Source: Rhodospirillales bacterium (GTDB lineage: Bacteria; Pseudomonadota; Alphaproteobacteria; Bin95). From it: a DNA stretch of 48,604 bases. Of this stretch, positions 23,801 to 35,474 are shown piece after piece. A model generated the notes under the pieces. It was not told the origin of the DNA. It saw only the letters and a program-made list of their open reading frames with translations, and did no database searches. Numbering within the stretch: the first letter of the stretch is position 1; the number at the start of each line of letters is the position of its first letter. The DNA lies in contig JAYQLI010000041.1 of NCBI GenBank assembly GCA_038143065.1, positions 1 through 48,604 of the forward strand, read 5' to 3'. The translations under genes were made by a program, and so were the position numbers.

Positions 23801-26696
23801 TCGAGATATTGCATAAGGTGCGCGATCCCACTCACTTCGACCAGAGAGATTATCATTCCATGTAGAGAGCCTTATTTTTGCACCGATGCCCACCATCTCA
23901 CTAGGGACTTCGATATAAACTAATTCACCGGGAGCGGCATAAAGTCCGGTTGTATAGTATGTACTCGACTGAGCCGTAACAGGGTCAAGAAACTGTTCGG
24001 CGACGTCCAAGCTCACCCCACGGGTAACACGCGCAGCATCTTCTGCGATTGCACCATACAAAACTCCTGCGGTTGGGTCCGCAGTCACCAATTCTGGCGC
24101 CATGATTTGACGAGCAGTTGCCTCTGCCAACAGCGTCGGTTGCAGAAGAACTACTTGAAGGACTGAATGGATTTTCTGGAGTTGGCTGAATGGTTGGCAC
24201 ATCTTTGACCATTAAATCGAAGGCCATCACCTCGCTAACTTCTCCAGAACTGCTGGTAGCACGAAAAGAAAAGCTATCATCCCCTAGGTAATTTTGGTCA
24301 GGCACGTAATACCAGTGGCCTTGAGCGTCATTTTCAAGCGATCCACGGACTGGTCCACTGACAATTTCAATCTGAGCAACTTCGCTACTCGATTCATTGA
24401 CAAGCTCATTAAATTGCTGATCTAGTCGAACTTTTTCATTAATATTCGTCGCTCTTTGAGCGGATGCAGGACGCTCTGCCGCAAGATCATAGACAAATTC
24501 AGAGACATAATCAGCGGCAGGGATGTTAGCGCTGTTGGATACGGATAACGTGTAACTGACAGCACCAGCACTTAGTTCCATTAAGTCAGTTGTTTCTACC
24601 ACGATTTGAGCCCGGTTTGCCGATACCTCGCCCGTATACGTCTTACCATTAAGCGCCAACGTCACTAACTGACCATCTTCGACATTGGAGGTTGTCACTG
24701 TTAATGTAGCATCGACGGCAACTTCAGTGCTGGTTAGTTCATAGCCAAAATCAAATGATCCCATAATTTTTGGCGTAGTGTCTGCGTTACTTTGACTGAG
24801 GACACGCCCCACAAGTTTGATACCTTGAGCATTCGTATCATATTGGTAGTTTGAGCCCGTCAAATAACGGAAACCGGAGCCCGATTCACTCGTCATGTGT
24901 AGACGAAACTCAATTGATGCATCGACACGCGGCAATGTTTCAAGATCAAACTCAATTAAGGTGGCTGAGTTGCCGCCGAGGACCTTTCCAGAGTCAATGT
25001 CATTGGTAAAATCATCCAGGCTAGAACGCAGTGTCACGTGAGTTTCGCCAGGGGAAAATGAGTAGAACGAAGCACTCAAACTAGACAGCGCCAGCTCCTC
25101 ATTACCTCCGGGCGTCACGGCAAAGCTGATATATTCAGAGGTATCAATCTGACTACGTGCATCCCACCATAACGCCCAAACATCCTCCCACATGCCATTA
25201 CCAACGCTCGCCCCACTCAATCCACCAAGCGACAAAGAGGAGAACTGCGTGGTTCCTGCGATACTATCCCCTGCAGACTGATTATCAGGGTCGTAGCTTG
25301 CAAGTACACCTACACCACTGGAAATTTCATATTGCCCCAGACTGCCGTAATCAGTGTAGCCACCGCCACTATCGTTTCCGATCCCATCTACTTTTAAATA
25401 GTATCGACCCGCTGAGAGATTGGGGGAAATAATCGCAGCAGACAATGAGGACTCACTTGTTGAAGCAATCAGCTCACCTCCATTTGAGTCATATAACCAA
25501 GCACCTGCGTGTAAATTCGGGCTGAACTCTGCGACATCAACATTTAGAACGATCGAGCCGCCTGAATGATCAAAATAAAACCAGTCCACATCGTCGCTGG
25601 TGCTAATTATGCCTTGAGCAAAGAGCGACCCATAGCCATCATCTAATTTGACGAGCTCAGTCGCAAAACTACGCTCATCCGCATGCTCATCAACGATGTA
25701 CGAAATCCCATTTAGGTCGCTTGCAATGATGCTAAGATCATCTTCAGTGTTATCGGCATTTGCGTAGTCACCTTTGCTAAACTGAGTAAGACCACTGGTT
25801 GATAGACCCATAATGGTATTCCAGTGCCCGACTGTCGTGTCATGGCCCGAGTAGTATCGCCCAGAACCTGGACCATCATGGCTCAAGCCCATCGTATGTG
25901 CAATTTCGTGGCTTCCACCCGTAGCGATTAGGGTTAGAGGATAAATACCATCTTGGAACTGACTGTTAATTGATACATAACCGGGCGCTGCATAATCCAG
26001 GGGGAATTCACTCCCAGACCACGCAAAACCATATCCTGTCGTTTCCTCCCCAATCAGAAGAGAAACACCCCACGCGTCGTCATCACCGCCTGTATTTACC
26101 AGCGCACCATCTGCCGGCGTTTCAGTCGTGACATCGATATTGAAAGGAGCAAAATCTTCCGCTATCCCAGCCCAGATTTTTTGAATTTCTAACTTTTCAG
26201 CGTCAGATAGATTGGAAGCATCGCCATCCGAATTATAAGATAATATCGTGTTGTACGAGTAATAGTCACCGCCAAAGAAATCTAGGTAAATAGTATGCTT
26301 AGCATCAGGCTTACTGTGTAATAAGAAAGTATCATCTAGCTTTGCAACAAAACCATCACCAACATATCCTTTGTCATGTATGCTGATCTTGGCTGAGGCG
26401 TTTTCTATTGAATATGCAACATTGTCTTGAATAGTGCAGGTGACAAGTTCTGCGCCCTCTGATTTGCCGTCAGATTTTGGGTTTATCAGAAGTGTGACCG
26501 TGTCCTGACCAGCTGCGAAATTAACGGTTTCACTCATGGGTTCAAAATCGACGCCACTTACAGCCGTTCCGGCAAATGCGACCGAGCAAGATAGCGCATT
26601 CTGAAGGTCACCTGTTCTGGTGAAGGTAAATGATGCGGTATTAGATCCCTCCTCAGCAGCAAAATCTGAAGAATAGATATTGATTTTTGGCAACAT
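14873..26696 (-). CDS. Giant RTX/cadherin multi-protease protein (~3,900 aa), broken by several frameshifts
   Basis: Abutting same-strand ORFs: Calx-beta, [14 protein letters not shown], Ig-like, M60 ([19 protein letters not shown]), DNRLRE-like, cadherins (NDNAP), M66-like, [18 protein letters not shown] end. Confidence 0.8.
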
Positions 26697-26861
26697 ATTA
26701 ATCTCCCGGAATTGCGAGTCTTATAGGCTGTCATTGGCAGCATTAAAGACCTTACTCTAACAATGGTTAGAGCAGCATCGAAAATTAAACAACTTACAAA
26801 AGTCCAAATTTTGGACACGATTGTACTTCAAAACTAGCAAACAACGATACCGGAAAAAATG

Positions 26862-27086
26862 CTAGGAGACGCAAAAGAAACCACTGGCAAAGTTGATGTG
26901 GTGGGTCATGTCACTACACGCCTCGACAGTGATTTGCGCGAAATCACATTTAGCTGTTTGAGAAAAGGTTAGTACACACTCCAGGGCAACCGACAAATAG
27001 CCTTCTCTTGTAATTACAAAATACCCAACGTCACTCCCTTCAGTTGCTCTGAAATCTACTTTATCAAGTGATACTTTTTGAGTCAT
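26862..27086 (-). pseudogene. Truncated Calx-beta-like paralog of the giant protein N-terminus
   Basis: DFRATEGSDVGYFVITREG..SVALEC resembles [25 protein letters not shown]. Confidence 0.55.
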
Positions 27087-27234
27087 TTGATAAGCTTGCT
27101 AGGAATAAAGCAGATGGTATGGTGGTCAAAGTTACACGTTCAACTTGTAACACGCTCAGGATAATCTCGGCATGATGTAGAGTCCAAATTTCGGATATTT
27201 AAAATATCGCGGACTAAGTAAGTAAGGTAAGAAG

Positions 27235-27690
27235 GTGACAAGCTCGAATAATGTTTTTGAAATGAATATACACTTAAGTAGTTGGTTGTATTTTGCGACT
27301 GCTAGTGTTGACACCGTAGGGTCTATCACGAAAAAACTTGACGGTGATTTGAGTGGTGCTTTAGTCTTAATCGTAATGTTTGAGCAAGCACTGGTATCGA
27401 GCGCCCCTCGACCTGAAAATTGGTTGTCCGACATCTCGCGGTATTCAGTTAGGTCCATTGCAGATAGACTTGGGCTGTCCAAATCTACAGTGAGTAACAA
27501 ACTAAACCATCTTGCAGACTTAGGATACATCGAGAAATACGATAGGGGTTTCAGGATCACAACAACTGAGAGTGGCTCAGCAAGGGCCGCTATTGATATT
27601 CCAGATGTGAAACACATCATAGAAAGGATGTTGCACTCTATCAAAGCAGATGATGCAAAACCAGTAAAGTTTTCATATATAAACGATTGA
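27235..27690 (+). CDS. Winged HTH transcriptional regulator
   Basis: SVRSIADRLGLSKSTVSNKLNHLADLGYIEK. Confidence 0.8.
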   Translation: MTSSNNVFEMNIHLSSWLYFATASVDTVGSITKKLDGDLSGALVLIVMFEQALVSSAPRPENWLSDISRYSVRSIADRLGLSKSTVSNKLNHLADLGYIEKYDRGFRITTTESGSARAAIDIPDVKHIIERMLHSIKADDAKPVKFSYIND

Positions 27691-27834
27691 TAGGATCTAT
27701 TTTGGCATGCTTGCAACCAGGTGCTGCATGACAATCAAACCAAAGCATCAATGATCAATTAACTTATTTCATACGATGGCTCGACGGATAACCTATCAAT
27801 GAGAGAGGGGTCAACGTAAAGCTCGTATTTATTA

Positions 27835-28668
27835 TTGTTAAAGGTTGCGCAGCGAAAGATTAATGCGCCCGCAATTATCCAAGCGTTGGATTTAAAGAAG
27901 GCAACATCAGACGAATATAGTGGCCCTTGCCCTAACTGCGGTGGGAAAGATCGTTTCCGAATTTCAAATTTTCATGGAGACCTCAAACATCATTGTCGCA
28001 GAGACTGTGATTTTATCGCTCGAAACAACGAATTGATTAGCCGCGGCTTGTTACCAGAGTGGGAAAACAGGCTGCTAGCCATATCATGTTATGAAGCAAC
28101 TGCCCCTGCTAGCCGCCGAGCTGCACGGCAATGATGTAATTGCACCTCTTTTTGATGTACTTACAGGCGAGCAGCTTGGTCAGCAAAAATAAAGCCTAAC
28201 GGTAAGAAACTGTTCAATAGAGGATTAAAAAAAGCGCAAGCAGGCGCCTTTATCGGCGAACCTACTTCAACGCTTTACGTTTGCGAAGGCTGGGCAACAG
28301 CAGTCGCCGTGCACCTATCGACGAAACAGCAAACACTTTTCGCGCTAGATGCTAAAACTTTGCCCAAACTTGTAAAAGTATTGGATCACCCGAACATCGT
28401 TATTGCTGCTGACAACGATGCAGAAGGTCTTACAGCGGCGGAAGCGAGTGGAAAGCCATGGTCTACGCCTAATGCAGACGGTTTAGACTGGTGGGACATG
28501 TGGCATCGGAATGGCCCAGCTGAAACGGCTGCTATGCTCGTCGCAAAGCAGTCCGATGCGGTTTCCCACTGGATGGCTTTTCAATTTCCACTGCGAAAGA
28601 ATTGTCGCAACGCGAATTTAAAGAGCTTGTCTGGCTTAAAGACAAGCTTCTTCCCACGCCCAACCTAG
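27835..28668 (+). CDS. P4-like zinc-finger/TOPRIM primase, frameshifted
   Basis: GPCPNCGGKDRF...CRRDC; VCEGWATA; IAADND. Confidence 0.82.
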
Positions 28669-29480
28669 CTCTGATCGCAGGAGCACCCAAGTTTGGTAAA
28701 AGCTGGTACGCGATGGGTCTTGCACACGCGACCTTGCCGCTGATGGACACAGAGTATTGTACATTGCTAATGAGGATAGTGAACGCAGGTTAAAAGACCG
28801 CTACTCAAAAAATTAGCTTTCAGCAAAGTGACAAACTCATATTTCTATCTGGACTGGATAGTGAGCGCTCGTTGCCGCGCGGAGAGCAGGCGCTCAATTT
28901 CTGAAAGCCTGCAAAGACAGCTACTCCTGATCTGGCCTGCATCATTATCGATACAATTCAAGCCGTTCGTAATCCTGCTTTAAAACAAGATTATGCATCA
29001 GTTGAGAATGAGTTTTCTCCACTTCGCAAACTCGCGCATGATTTGGATATTACGATTATCGCTGTTCATCACACCAAGAAAAAAACCGACTTTGAAACTG
29101 AACCTCTAGACCAAATACTTGGCTCACAAGAAATAACAGGAACTGTTGAGACAATATTGATCATGCAGCGTGAACCTCGCAGTCAAAACGTAAATCTATT
29201 CATCACAGGTGAAGACGTCGAAGAGGCAGACGACTATACGCTTGTTTGGAATGGACATGGCTTCAATGAACCCGTCGAGCGTCGCCTCGCCTCTCTTGGA
29301 TCGATGCAGCGGTCAATTTTTGATTACGTAGAGCAAAATCCGCGTTGCACGCAGGCTGCGATTGTCGAACACTTAGGCCGCACCAAGCAGCAGATTAATG
29401 AGGCTGTGGGGCGCTTGTTGGAACTAGGTCTGTTTAAAACTGCAAGTGGCGGAAGATTATTCGTTAATAATACTGCATAA
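28602..29480 (+). CDS. AAA (RepA/AAA_25-like) helicase with C-terminal HTH, frameshifted
   Basis: GAPKFGKSW Walker A, IIIDT Walker B, VHHTKK. Confidence 0.8.
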
Positions 29481-30364
29481 GATAGCCTCTTTACCTTCTT
29501 GACCAATCTTTATTGCAGTCAATAGGGTCAAGAGTATGTGTGCTGATACAATGATATAATTTAGGATTTTGAAATGGCTAAAACTGTGCTGATTACCGCA
29601 GGAGCGAGTGGCATTGGGAGCGCAATGGCAACTCAGTTCGATTTAAGTGGGAGCTACTGTTTGGATCACCGATATTGATCAATCAGCACTTGATAAATGT
29701 CCTAAACACTGGCGAAAAAGTCGCGCAGACGTGCGGTCCGCATCTGAAATGACAGACGTCTTTAGAAAAATTACTGATGAGCTAGGACGGCTCGATGTTG
29801 TTTGTGCCAATGCGGGGACGGCTTTTTGACTAAGCTTAGTTGAAGAACAACCAATAGAAGAGTTCGCAGATTGTTTGGACGTGAATATCAAAGGCGCGTT
29901 TTATACGGCGCGCGGCGCACTCCCAATGATGAAACGACAAGGCAGTGGCTCAATAATTTTTACTTCGTCAACTGCTGGACTACACGGTTTTCCATACCGC
30001 ACCCCATATTGCGCTAGCAAATGGGCGGTGATTGGCATGATGAAAACTATAGCAATGGAAGCTGGTCCCTACGGTGTACGCTCAAACGTAATCGCGCCTG
30101 GATGCGTCGAAGGCGAACGCATCGACGGTGTGATAGAACGAGAAGCCAGACAAAAACATACAACCCCTGAAGCGGTTCGTGCAGCATATCAGGCAGGAAC
30201 ATCACTACGCAGCTTCGTAAGTGCTCAGGACATTGCCAATATGGCTGTCTTCTTATCTTCAGATCGGGCCAAAATGGTAAGTGGACAAGTAATTTCGGTA
30301 GACGGATATACCGAAAACCCTGATCCAAAAGTCTGCTAGACAGATTTAATTAGACGAAGGTGCA
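29388..30364 (+). repeat. ~975-bp direct repeat copy 1 (helicase 3' end plus SDR gene)
   Basis: Aligns with 33758-34733 with scattered substitutions. Confidence 0.95.
29574..30339 (+). pseudogene. SDR oxidoreductase copy 1 (disrupted)
   Basis: TAGASGIG, YCASK; frameshifts/stop near 29645 and 29828. Confidence 0.8.
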
Positions 30365-30626
30365 AAGACTTTTTTGAAATGGATTTTAACTGAGGTTTTT
30401 ATCTCTGCGATCTGAATTGGCATTTCGTGAATGCAGTCGTGTGTGGATGCAACTGTTCAGTTGTCCAAATTGGTTCTCTCTAAATATTTAGAATATCGGT
30501 GGTTTAAGTGAGTATGAAGACAATGTTCATATGCTCCCTAAAACCTAACCCTGCTGCGAAAACGGCGGGGTTATCTTTTGTGATGTGGTTTGGCCTACCT
30601 GACTGCGACTGCGCCGCCAACGGCTA
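30362..30626. repeat. ~265-bp block copy 1 (5' part of phage-like membrane gene plus hairpin)
   Basis: Aligns with 39545-39809; includes the taaccctgctgcgaaaacggcggggtta hairpin. Confidence 0.93.
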
Positions 30627-31252
30627 AGACCACAGCGTTTTTTTTTGTGCGTTCAGATAAATCTTTATCGAAGTTTAAACCGCCAACCTCATTGGTTGTT
30701 ACTTCCTTTAGAATTGATCCGATAGTAGGTACCGTTGGAGGCTTTTTTGTATTCCAAAAATCAGAACGCATCATGGATTTTGGGCAATGAATATGAACTT
30801 CAGTAATTGTGATAATAAGAACGCAAATTGGCGTGTGCCCGTCGTGCTCAAAGCTCATGCGCACATTGTTTGCGGCGGTGATTTTTGCAGTTCCATTTAC
30901 TCTAACAACATCGTTCACCCCGTGCTCACCATGAACATCAACGATATGCGGCCATCTTGTAAAATATTACGCAAGCTATCGATGCGATTGTTTCCGCGCC
31001 AATCTGGCATATGAAGAGTTTTTTCATCAATTATACGCACAACCGGCTTCTTGTCGCGCTTGAGATGACATCAGTGCTCTCACTACCAACTGTAGACATA
31101 ACGCAGAATTTGGACGCTGCGATCCATTCTGAATAAAGAGGTGTAAGGACAGGAGAAACTTTTCTGCGCGCGCCGTCACCAACTTCACCATACAGGCACT
31201 CTAGTTCAGACAATTCTTGTATAAATTCAAAATCCATTGTCTGCTTACTCAT
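30624..31252 (-). CDS. FMN-binding pyridoxamine 5'-phosphate oxidase-like protein (MSMEG_1061 type), frameshifted
   Basis: LYGEV...KVSPVLTPLYSEWI, PDWRGNNRIDSLRNI, RVNGTA, HCPKSMMRS; ends KKTLWS* if the A9 run is A8. Confidence 0.8.
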
Positions 31253-31443
31253 TTCTTAAAAACATATCGATTGTGATACCCAAGATACTTTCGCCGTTTG
31301 ACAAATACGTCAATTATTCTTTGCCCAATCTTGTCCTCAAACCCCCGCTACATGGGGATCATCGGGGGGCCTTCGAAGTTTATCTTTGACCCACCTCAAT
31401 CCTAATGCCTAAAGTAATGGTAGAACTTCAACAGGAGCACCAA

Positions 31444-31887
31444 ATGTCGGAACTCAAAGGTGGCTGCTTGTGCGGCTCTGTGCGCTTTGCATGCAAGTCT
31501 GCACCAATTGCTTCTTATGCGTGCCATTGCCGATTTTGTCAGCGTAGCTTGGGTACTGCGTATCGAGCCGCAATGTCGTTCAATCTTGACGACGTGCAAT
31601 TTAACGATGGTGAATTACGGACTTATACTTACAAAAGCGATGAACACGGCCGCGAATTATATATTCATTTTTGTCCAACATGTTCGACACAAGTTACAGC
31701 AACAACTGAACGGTTTCCTGATCGCCGCGTAATGATGATAGGGACGCTGGATGACCCAAGCCAGATTGATGTGAATACTCACATGTTTGCAGATGAAAGT
31801 TTCCACTGGGTATCTGCACATGATGATGATGTCGTTTATGCAAAACACCGAATGAACGAGGATGGCTCTGCTGCTGAGCCATTATGA
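31444..31887 (+). CDS. GFA/CENP-V family protein
   Basis: GGCLCGSVRF, CHCRFCQR, FCPTC; AGGAG RBS. Confidence 0.9.
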   Translation: MSELKGGCLCGSVRFACKSAPIASYACHCRFCQRSLGTAYRAAMSFNLDDVQFNDGELRTYTYKSDEHGRELYIHFCPTCSTQVTATTERFPDRRVMMIGTLDDPSQIDVNTHMFADESFHWVSAHDDDVVYAKHRMNEDGSAAEPL

Positions 31888-31890
31888 AAA

Positions 31891-32839
31891 ATGAAATTTG
31901 TGGTTATTACAGTTTTATTTCTTCTGGTTCTACTGGCCCTATCATTTATCGTAACTCAATTATTAGCATTTTACGCAAGGCGAAAGCTTCCAGCGGAAGG
32001 TCAGTTCACAGAAGTGAATGGTGGAAAAATCCATTGGACTGAACAAGGCGAAGGGTGAAACAATTATCCTCATTCACGGGTTGGGCGGCAATCACCATAA
32101 TTTCAACTACACGGTTTCAGAACTTAGTCGGAAATATCATGTTGTGAGCATTGATAGACTTGGGTCAGCATGGTCAACACGAGAAGACTTTAGCTACGCA
32201 ACGTTGGATGCTCAGGCTGATGCAATTGTTGACTTTATAAACAAACAAAGTTTCGAACGCCCATTACTGGTCGGACATTCGCTTGGTGGCGCTTTTTCAT
32301 TATCTATTGGGATAAGACATCCTGATAAAATCAGAGGCCTTGCACTGATATGTCCAGCATCCATGGCGATAGAGAATACACCAGATATTTTTCGCGACTT
32401 AGAAAGTCATAGCTCAGGTGGCAGACTATTCCTTGCAAATTTTTTGTCTGGGCCGTTTGGTTTGTTGAAGCAAAAGAGGTTTTTGACAGAGGTTTTCAAA
32501 CCAGAACCAATCACACATGATTTTGACATCAAAGGGGGCGCGATACTCAGTCGACTACCAAGTCAATTTCAAACTACTTGCGAAGACCTAATTGCCGCAA
32601 AGGCATCGCAGAATGATGTCGTATTGAAGTTGCCGCAACTGAATGTGCCAACTCATGTTATTTTTGGAGAGGATGACGTCATTTTAGATGCACAAAAACA
32701 CGGAGTAGCCTTCAGCCAAGCAACAGGAGCTGGATTAGTGATGATCCCAAAGACCGGGCACATGCTTCCCGTAACTCAGCCCAAACTGTGCAATAAGTTT
32801 ATTGAAGATGTTATGTCAGCTACTAAGGTCATCCGATGA
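31891..32839 (+). CDS. Membrane-anchored alpha/beta hydrolase, frameshift near 32053
   Basis: N-terminal TM, IHGLGG, GHSLGG, GEDD, GHM. Confidence 0.88.
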
Positions 32840-32874
32840 GATGTTAAGCCTCACTTAAATGTATTGGAGAAAAT

Positions 32875-33303
32875 ATGGCTGAGTTTACTGGAAAATGTTT
32901 GTGTGGCCAAGTTTCATACAAATCCCATGTAAAGCCCACATTGATGCTCAATTGTCATTGTGAAGATTGTCGAAGGTCAACGGGTGCAGTTTATAGTACA
33001 AACGTGTTCGTAGAAGATGATAAAGTAGAGATTATTGGTACAACTTCTGAGTACTCACACATTGCAAAAAGTGGGAATACTATGACCAAACATTTCTGTG
33101 AAAACTGCGGTTCTCTTATGTTTGGTTACAGTTCAGGGAGAAATAATATTGTTTCAATACGTGCTGGGACCATTGATCAGATCGAAGTAATTGAACCTAC
33201 GATGAATGTATTTGTTGATAGCAAAGTCATATCTACTCCTATTGATAGAAACCTTGCCGTAGCAGGTGGAATGCCAATCGGTACACCTTGGAAAAATGAT
33301 TGA
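32875..33303 (+). CDS. GFA/CENP-V family protein
   Basis: GKCLCGQV, CHCEDCRR, FCENCG. Confidence 0.9.
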   Translation: MAEFTGKCLCGQVSYKSHVKPTLMLNCHCEDCRRSTGAVYSTNVFVEDDKVEIIGTTSEYSHIAKSGNTMTKHFCENCGSLMFGYSSGRNNIVSIRAGTIDQIEVIEPTMNVFVDSKVISTPIDRNLAVAGGMPIGTPWKND

Positions 33304-33312
33304 AATAGTTCG

Positions 33313-33633
33313 TTAGTCGGTTTGCCGTTCCTGACAATCGATTTGTACTCCACGATAGTCTATTGCTTTTGAAATAAAATCACCTCTCCAAGATTTTCTT
33401 ATTTCTTGCCAGACAGGTAGACATGCATCCTTGGCCTCTTTGTTATCATACTCAAATATATGACAAAGTTAATGCTTCTCCTCCCTATTCCATATGCGTG
33501 TAGTTGTATAACGGTGTAGCCCCAAGTTATGTAGTTCGGACAAGTAATTATGCTTAACCTTATCCCATTCAGCGACACTCAGCTTTAATTCGTTTTCACT
33601 GAGAAACGTTTGTATCGTTACATTTATAAGCAT
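33313..33633 (-). CDS. Small dimeric alpha+beta barrel-like protein (one internal TAA)
   Basis: TRIWN...IFEY...AC motif shared with 43836-44170. Confidence 0.6.
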
Positions 33634-33665
33634 TATCACATGGCTTCTTTGGCTATTTTGTATCA

Positions 33666-33757
33666 AGCATGACCTAACTACAGACCATAAGCAACAATCA
33701 CATGTCTCTTGAGTGCCGCTGTGGGCAGCGCAAGCTAGTTTCAGTAAAAGAGTTGAT
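33666..33757 (+). repeat. Z-repeat copy 1 (5' fragment of a Zn-ribbon gene; antisense promoter)
   Basis: accataagcaacaatcacatgtctcttgagtgccgctgtggg...gagttga. Confidence 0.92.
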
Positions 33758-34733
33758 CAGCAGATTAATGAGGCTGTGGGTCGCTTGTTGGAACTAGGTC
33801 TGTTTAAAACTGCAAGTGGTGGGAGATTATTTGTTAATAACTCTGCATAAGATAGCCTCTTTACCTTCTTGACCAACCTTTATTGCAGTCAATAGGGTCA
33901 AGAGCATGTGTGCTGATACAATTATATAATTTGGGATTTTGAAATGGCTAAAACTGTGCTGATTACCGCAGGAGCGAGTGGCATTGGGAGCGCAATGGCA
34001 ACTCAGTTCGATGCAAGTGGGGCTACGGTTTGGATAACTGATATTGATCAATCAGCACTTGATAAATGTCCTAAACACTGGCGAAAAAGTCGCGCAGACG
34101 TGCGGTCCGCATCTGAAATGTCAGACGTCTTTAGAAAAATTACTGATGAGCTGGGACAGCTCGATGTTGTTTGTGCAAATGCGGGGACGGCTGGGCCAAC
34201 AGCCTTAATTGAAGAACAACCGATAGAAGAGTTCGCAGATTGTTTGGACGTGAATATTAAAGGCGCGTTTTATACGGCGCGCGCAGCGCTCCCGATAATG
34301 AAACGACAAGGCAGCGGCTCAATAATTTTTACTTCGTCGACTGCTGGATTGCACGGTTTTCCTTACCGCGCTCCATATTGCGCTAGCAAATGGGCAGTAA
34401 TCGGCATGATGAAAACTATTGCAATGGAAGCTGGTCCCTACGGTGTACGCGCCAACGTAATCGCACCTGGATGCGTCGAAGGCGAACGCATCGACGGCGT
34501 GATAGAACGAGAAGCCAGACAAAAAAGTACAACACCTGAAGCAGTTCGTGCAGCGTATGAGGCAGGAACATCACTACGCAGCTTCGTAAGTGCTCAAGAC
34601 ATTGCCAATATGGCTGTCTTCTTATCTTCAGATCAGGCCAAAATGGTAAGTGGACAAGTAATTTCTGTAGACGGACATACCGAAAACACTGATCCAAAAG
34701 TCTGCTAGACAGATTTAATGAGACGGAGGTGCA
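33758..34733 (+). repeat. ~975-bp direct repeat copy 2
   Basis: Aligns with 29388-30364. Confidence 0.95.
33944..34708 (+). CDS. SDR family oxidoreductase (intact copy)
   Basis: TAGASGIG, NAG, YCASK, IAPG. Confidence 0.93.
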   Translation: MAKTVLITAGASGIGSAMATQFDASGATVWITDIDQSALDKCPKHWRKSRADVRSASEMSDVFRKITDELGQLDVVCANAGTAGPTALIEEQPIEEFADCLDVNIKGAFYTARAALPIMKRQGSGSIIFTSSTAGLHGFPYRAPYCASKWAVIGMMKTIAMEAGPYGVRANVIAPGCVEGERIDGVIEREARQKSTTPEAVRAAYEAGTSLRSFVSAQDIANMAVFLSSDQAKMVSGQVISVDGHTENTDPKVC

Positions 34734-34801
34734 TAGAGAAAAGTTGAGTTGTTACGCTTTGCTGAGTGGTCACTGGATGTGACTAGAACTATTTCCGTGT
34801 T

Positions 34802-35011
34802 ATGTCGTGGCTAAAACAATTCATTTTGAAGCAATTCTTCCCATATGCAGTTGCAATAGTATTGGGATTACAAATCAATGATTTGGCGCTTTTACTTACG
34901 CAAAACTTTGTTCTCTGGTTGCTAATTGTTGCTCCTATATGGGTCGTATTGTGTTATGGAACGCGGTTTATTTTTTGGAAGGCCAGTTGGATTGATAACT
35001 GGATTAGGTGA
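34802..35011 (+). CDS. Small membrane protein
   Basis: 69 aa with two hydrophobic stretches; partial copy at 46076-46177. Confidence 0.6.
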   Translation: MSWLKQFILKQFFPYAVAIVLGLQINDLALLLTQNFVLWLLIVAPIWVVLCYGTRFIFWKASWIDNWIR

Positions 35012-35052
35012 TCTTGAATGCAGCGTACTCTTTTCATTGGAGCAATTTGAGC

Positions 35053-35460
35053 ATGCGAAAATTTGGAGCAATCATTTTATCATTGGGACTTACAACGCCC
35101 GCCTCTGCAGCAGACTATCTTTGCGATAGCTTCGAGGTTGCATTTGAATTTTATCGATCGAATGTAGCTTTAGAAGAATTTGATGTTGCTGGATGGAGAG
35201 CACAGCCCTTCATACTCAGGGATTTTCCAGTCGCACCGTACATTGAGACAGCAGAAGAAGAATACGACCTGATAAATGTCGCAGATGGCCACCAGCGCAC
35301 TACAAGGTGATTTATACCTGCATCAAATGAATACGCTTTACCAGATGTATGAAATACTTAATCCCCATCCGATCACTGGTAAGTTCACGATATATAATAT
35401 CCGTACAGAAGTATCTTATGTAAGCACCTGTGAGCGACGTCGGATCATTCAAAGCTATTA
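35053..35460 (+). CDS. Secreted hypothetical protein, frameshifted
   Basis: MRKFGAIILSLGLTTPASA signal peptide; two overlapping ORFs. Confidence 0.5.
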
Positions 35461-35474
35461 ACATAGGTTAATAA

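Noticed and set aside
30595-30918. ORF ending VVLAVGGAVAVR as a real C-terminus
   Set aside because: Probably read-through from an extra A in an A9 run; the family-typical end KKTLWS* appears on correction
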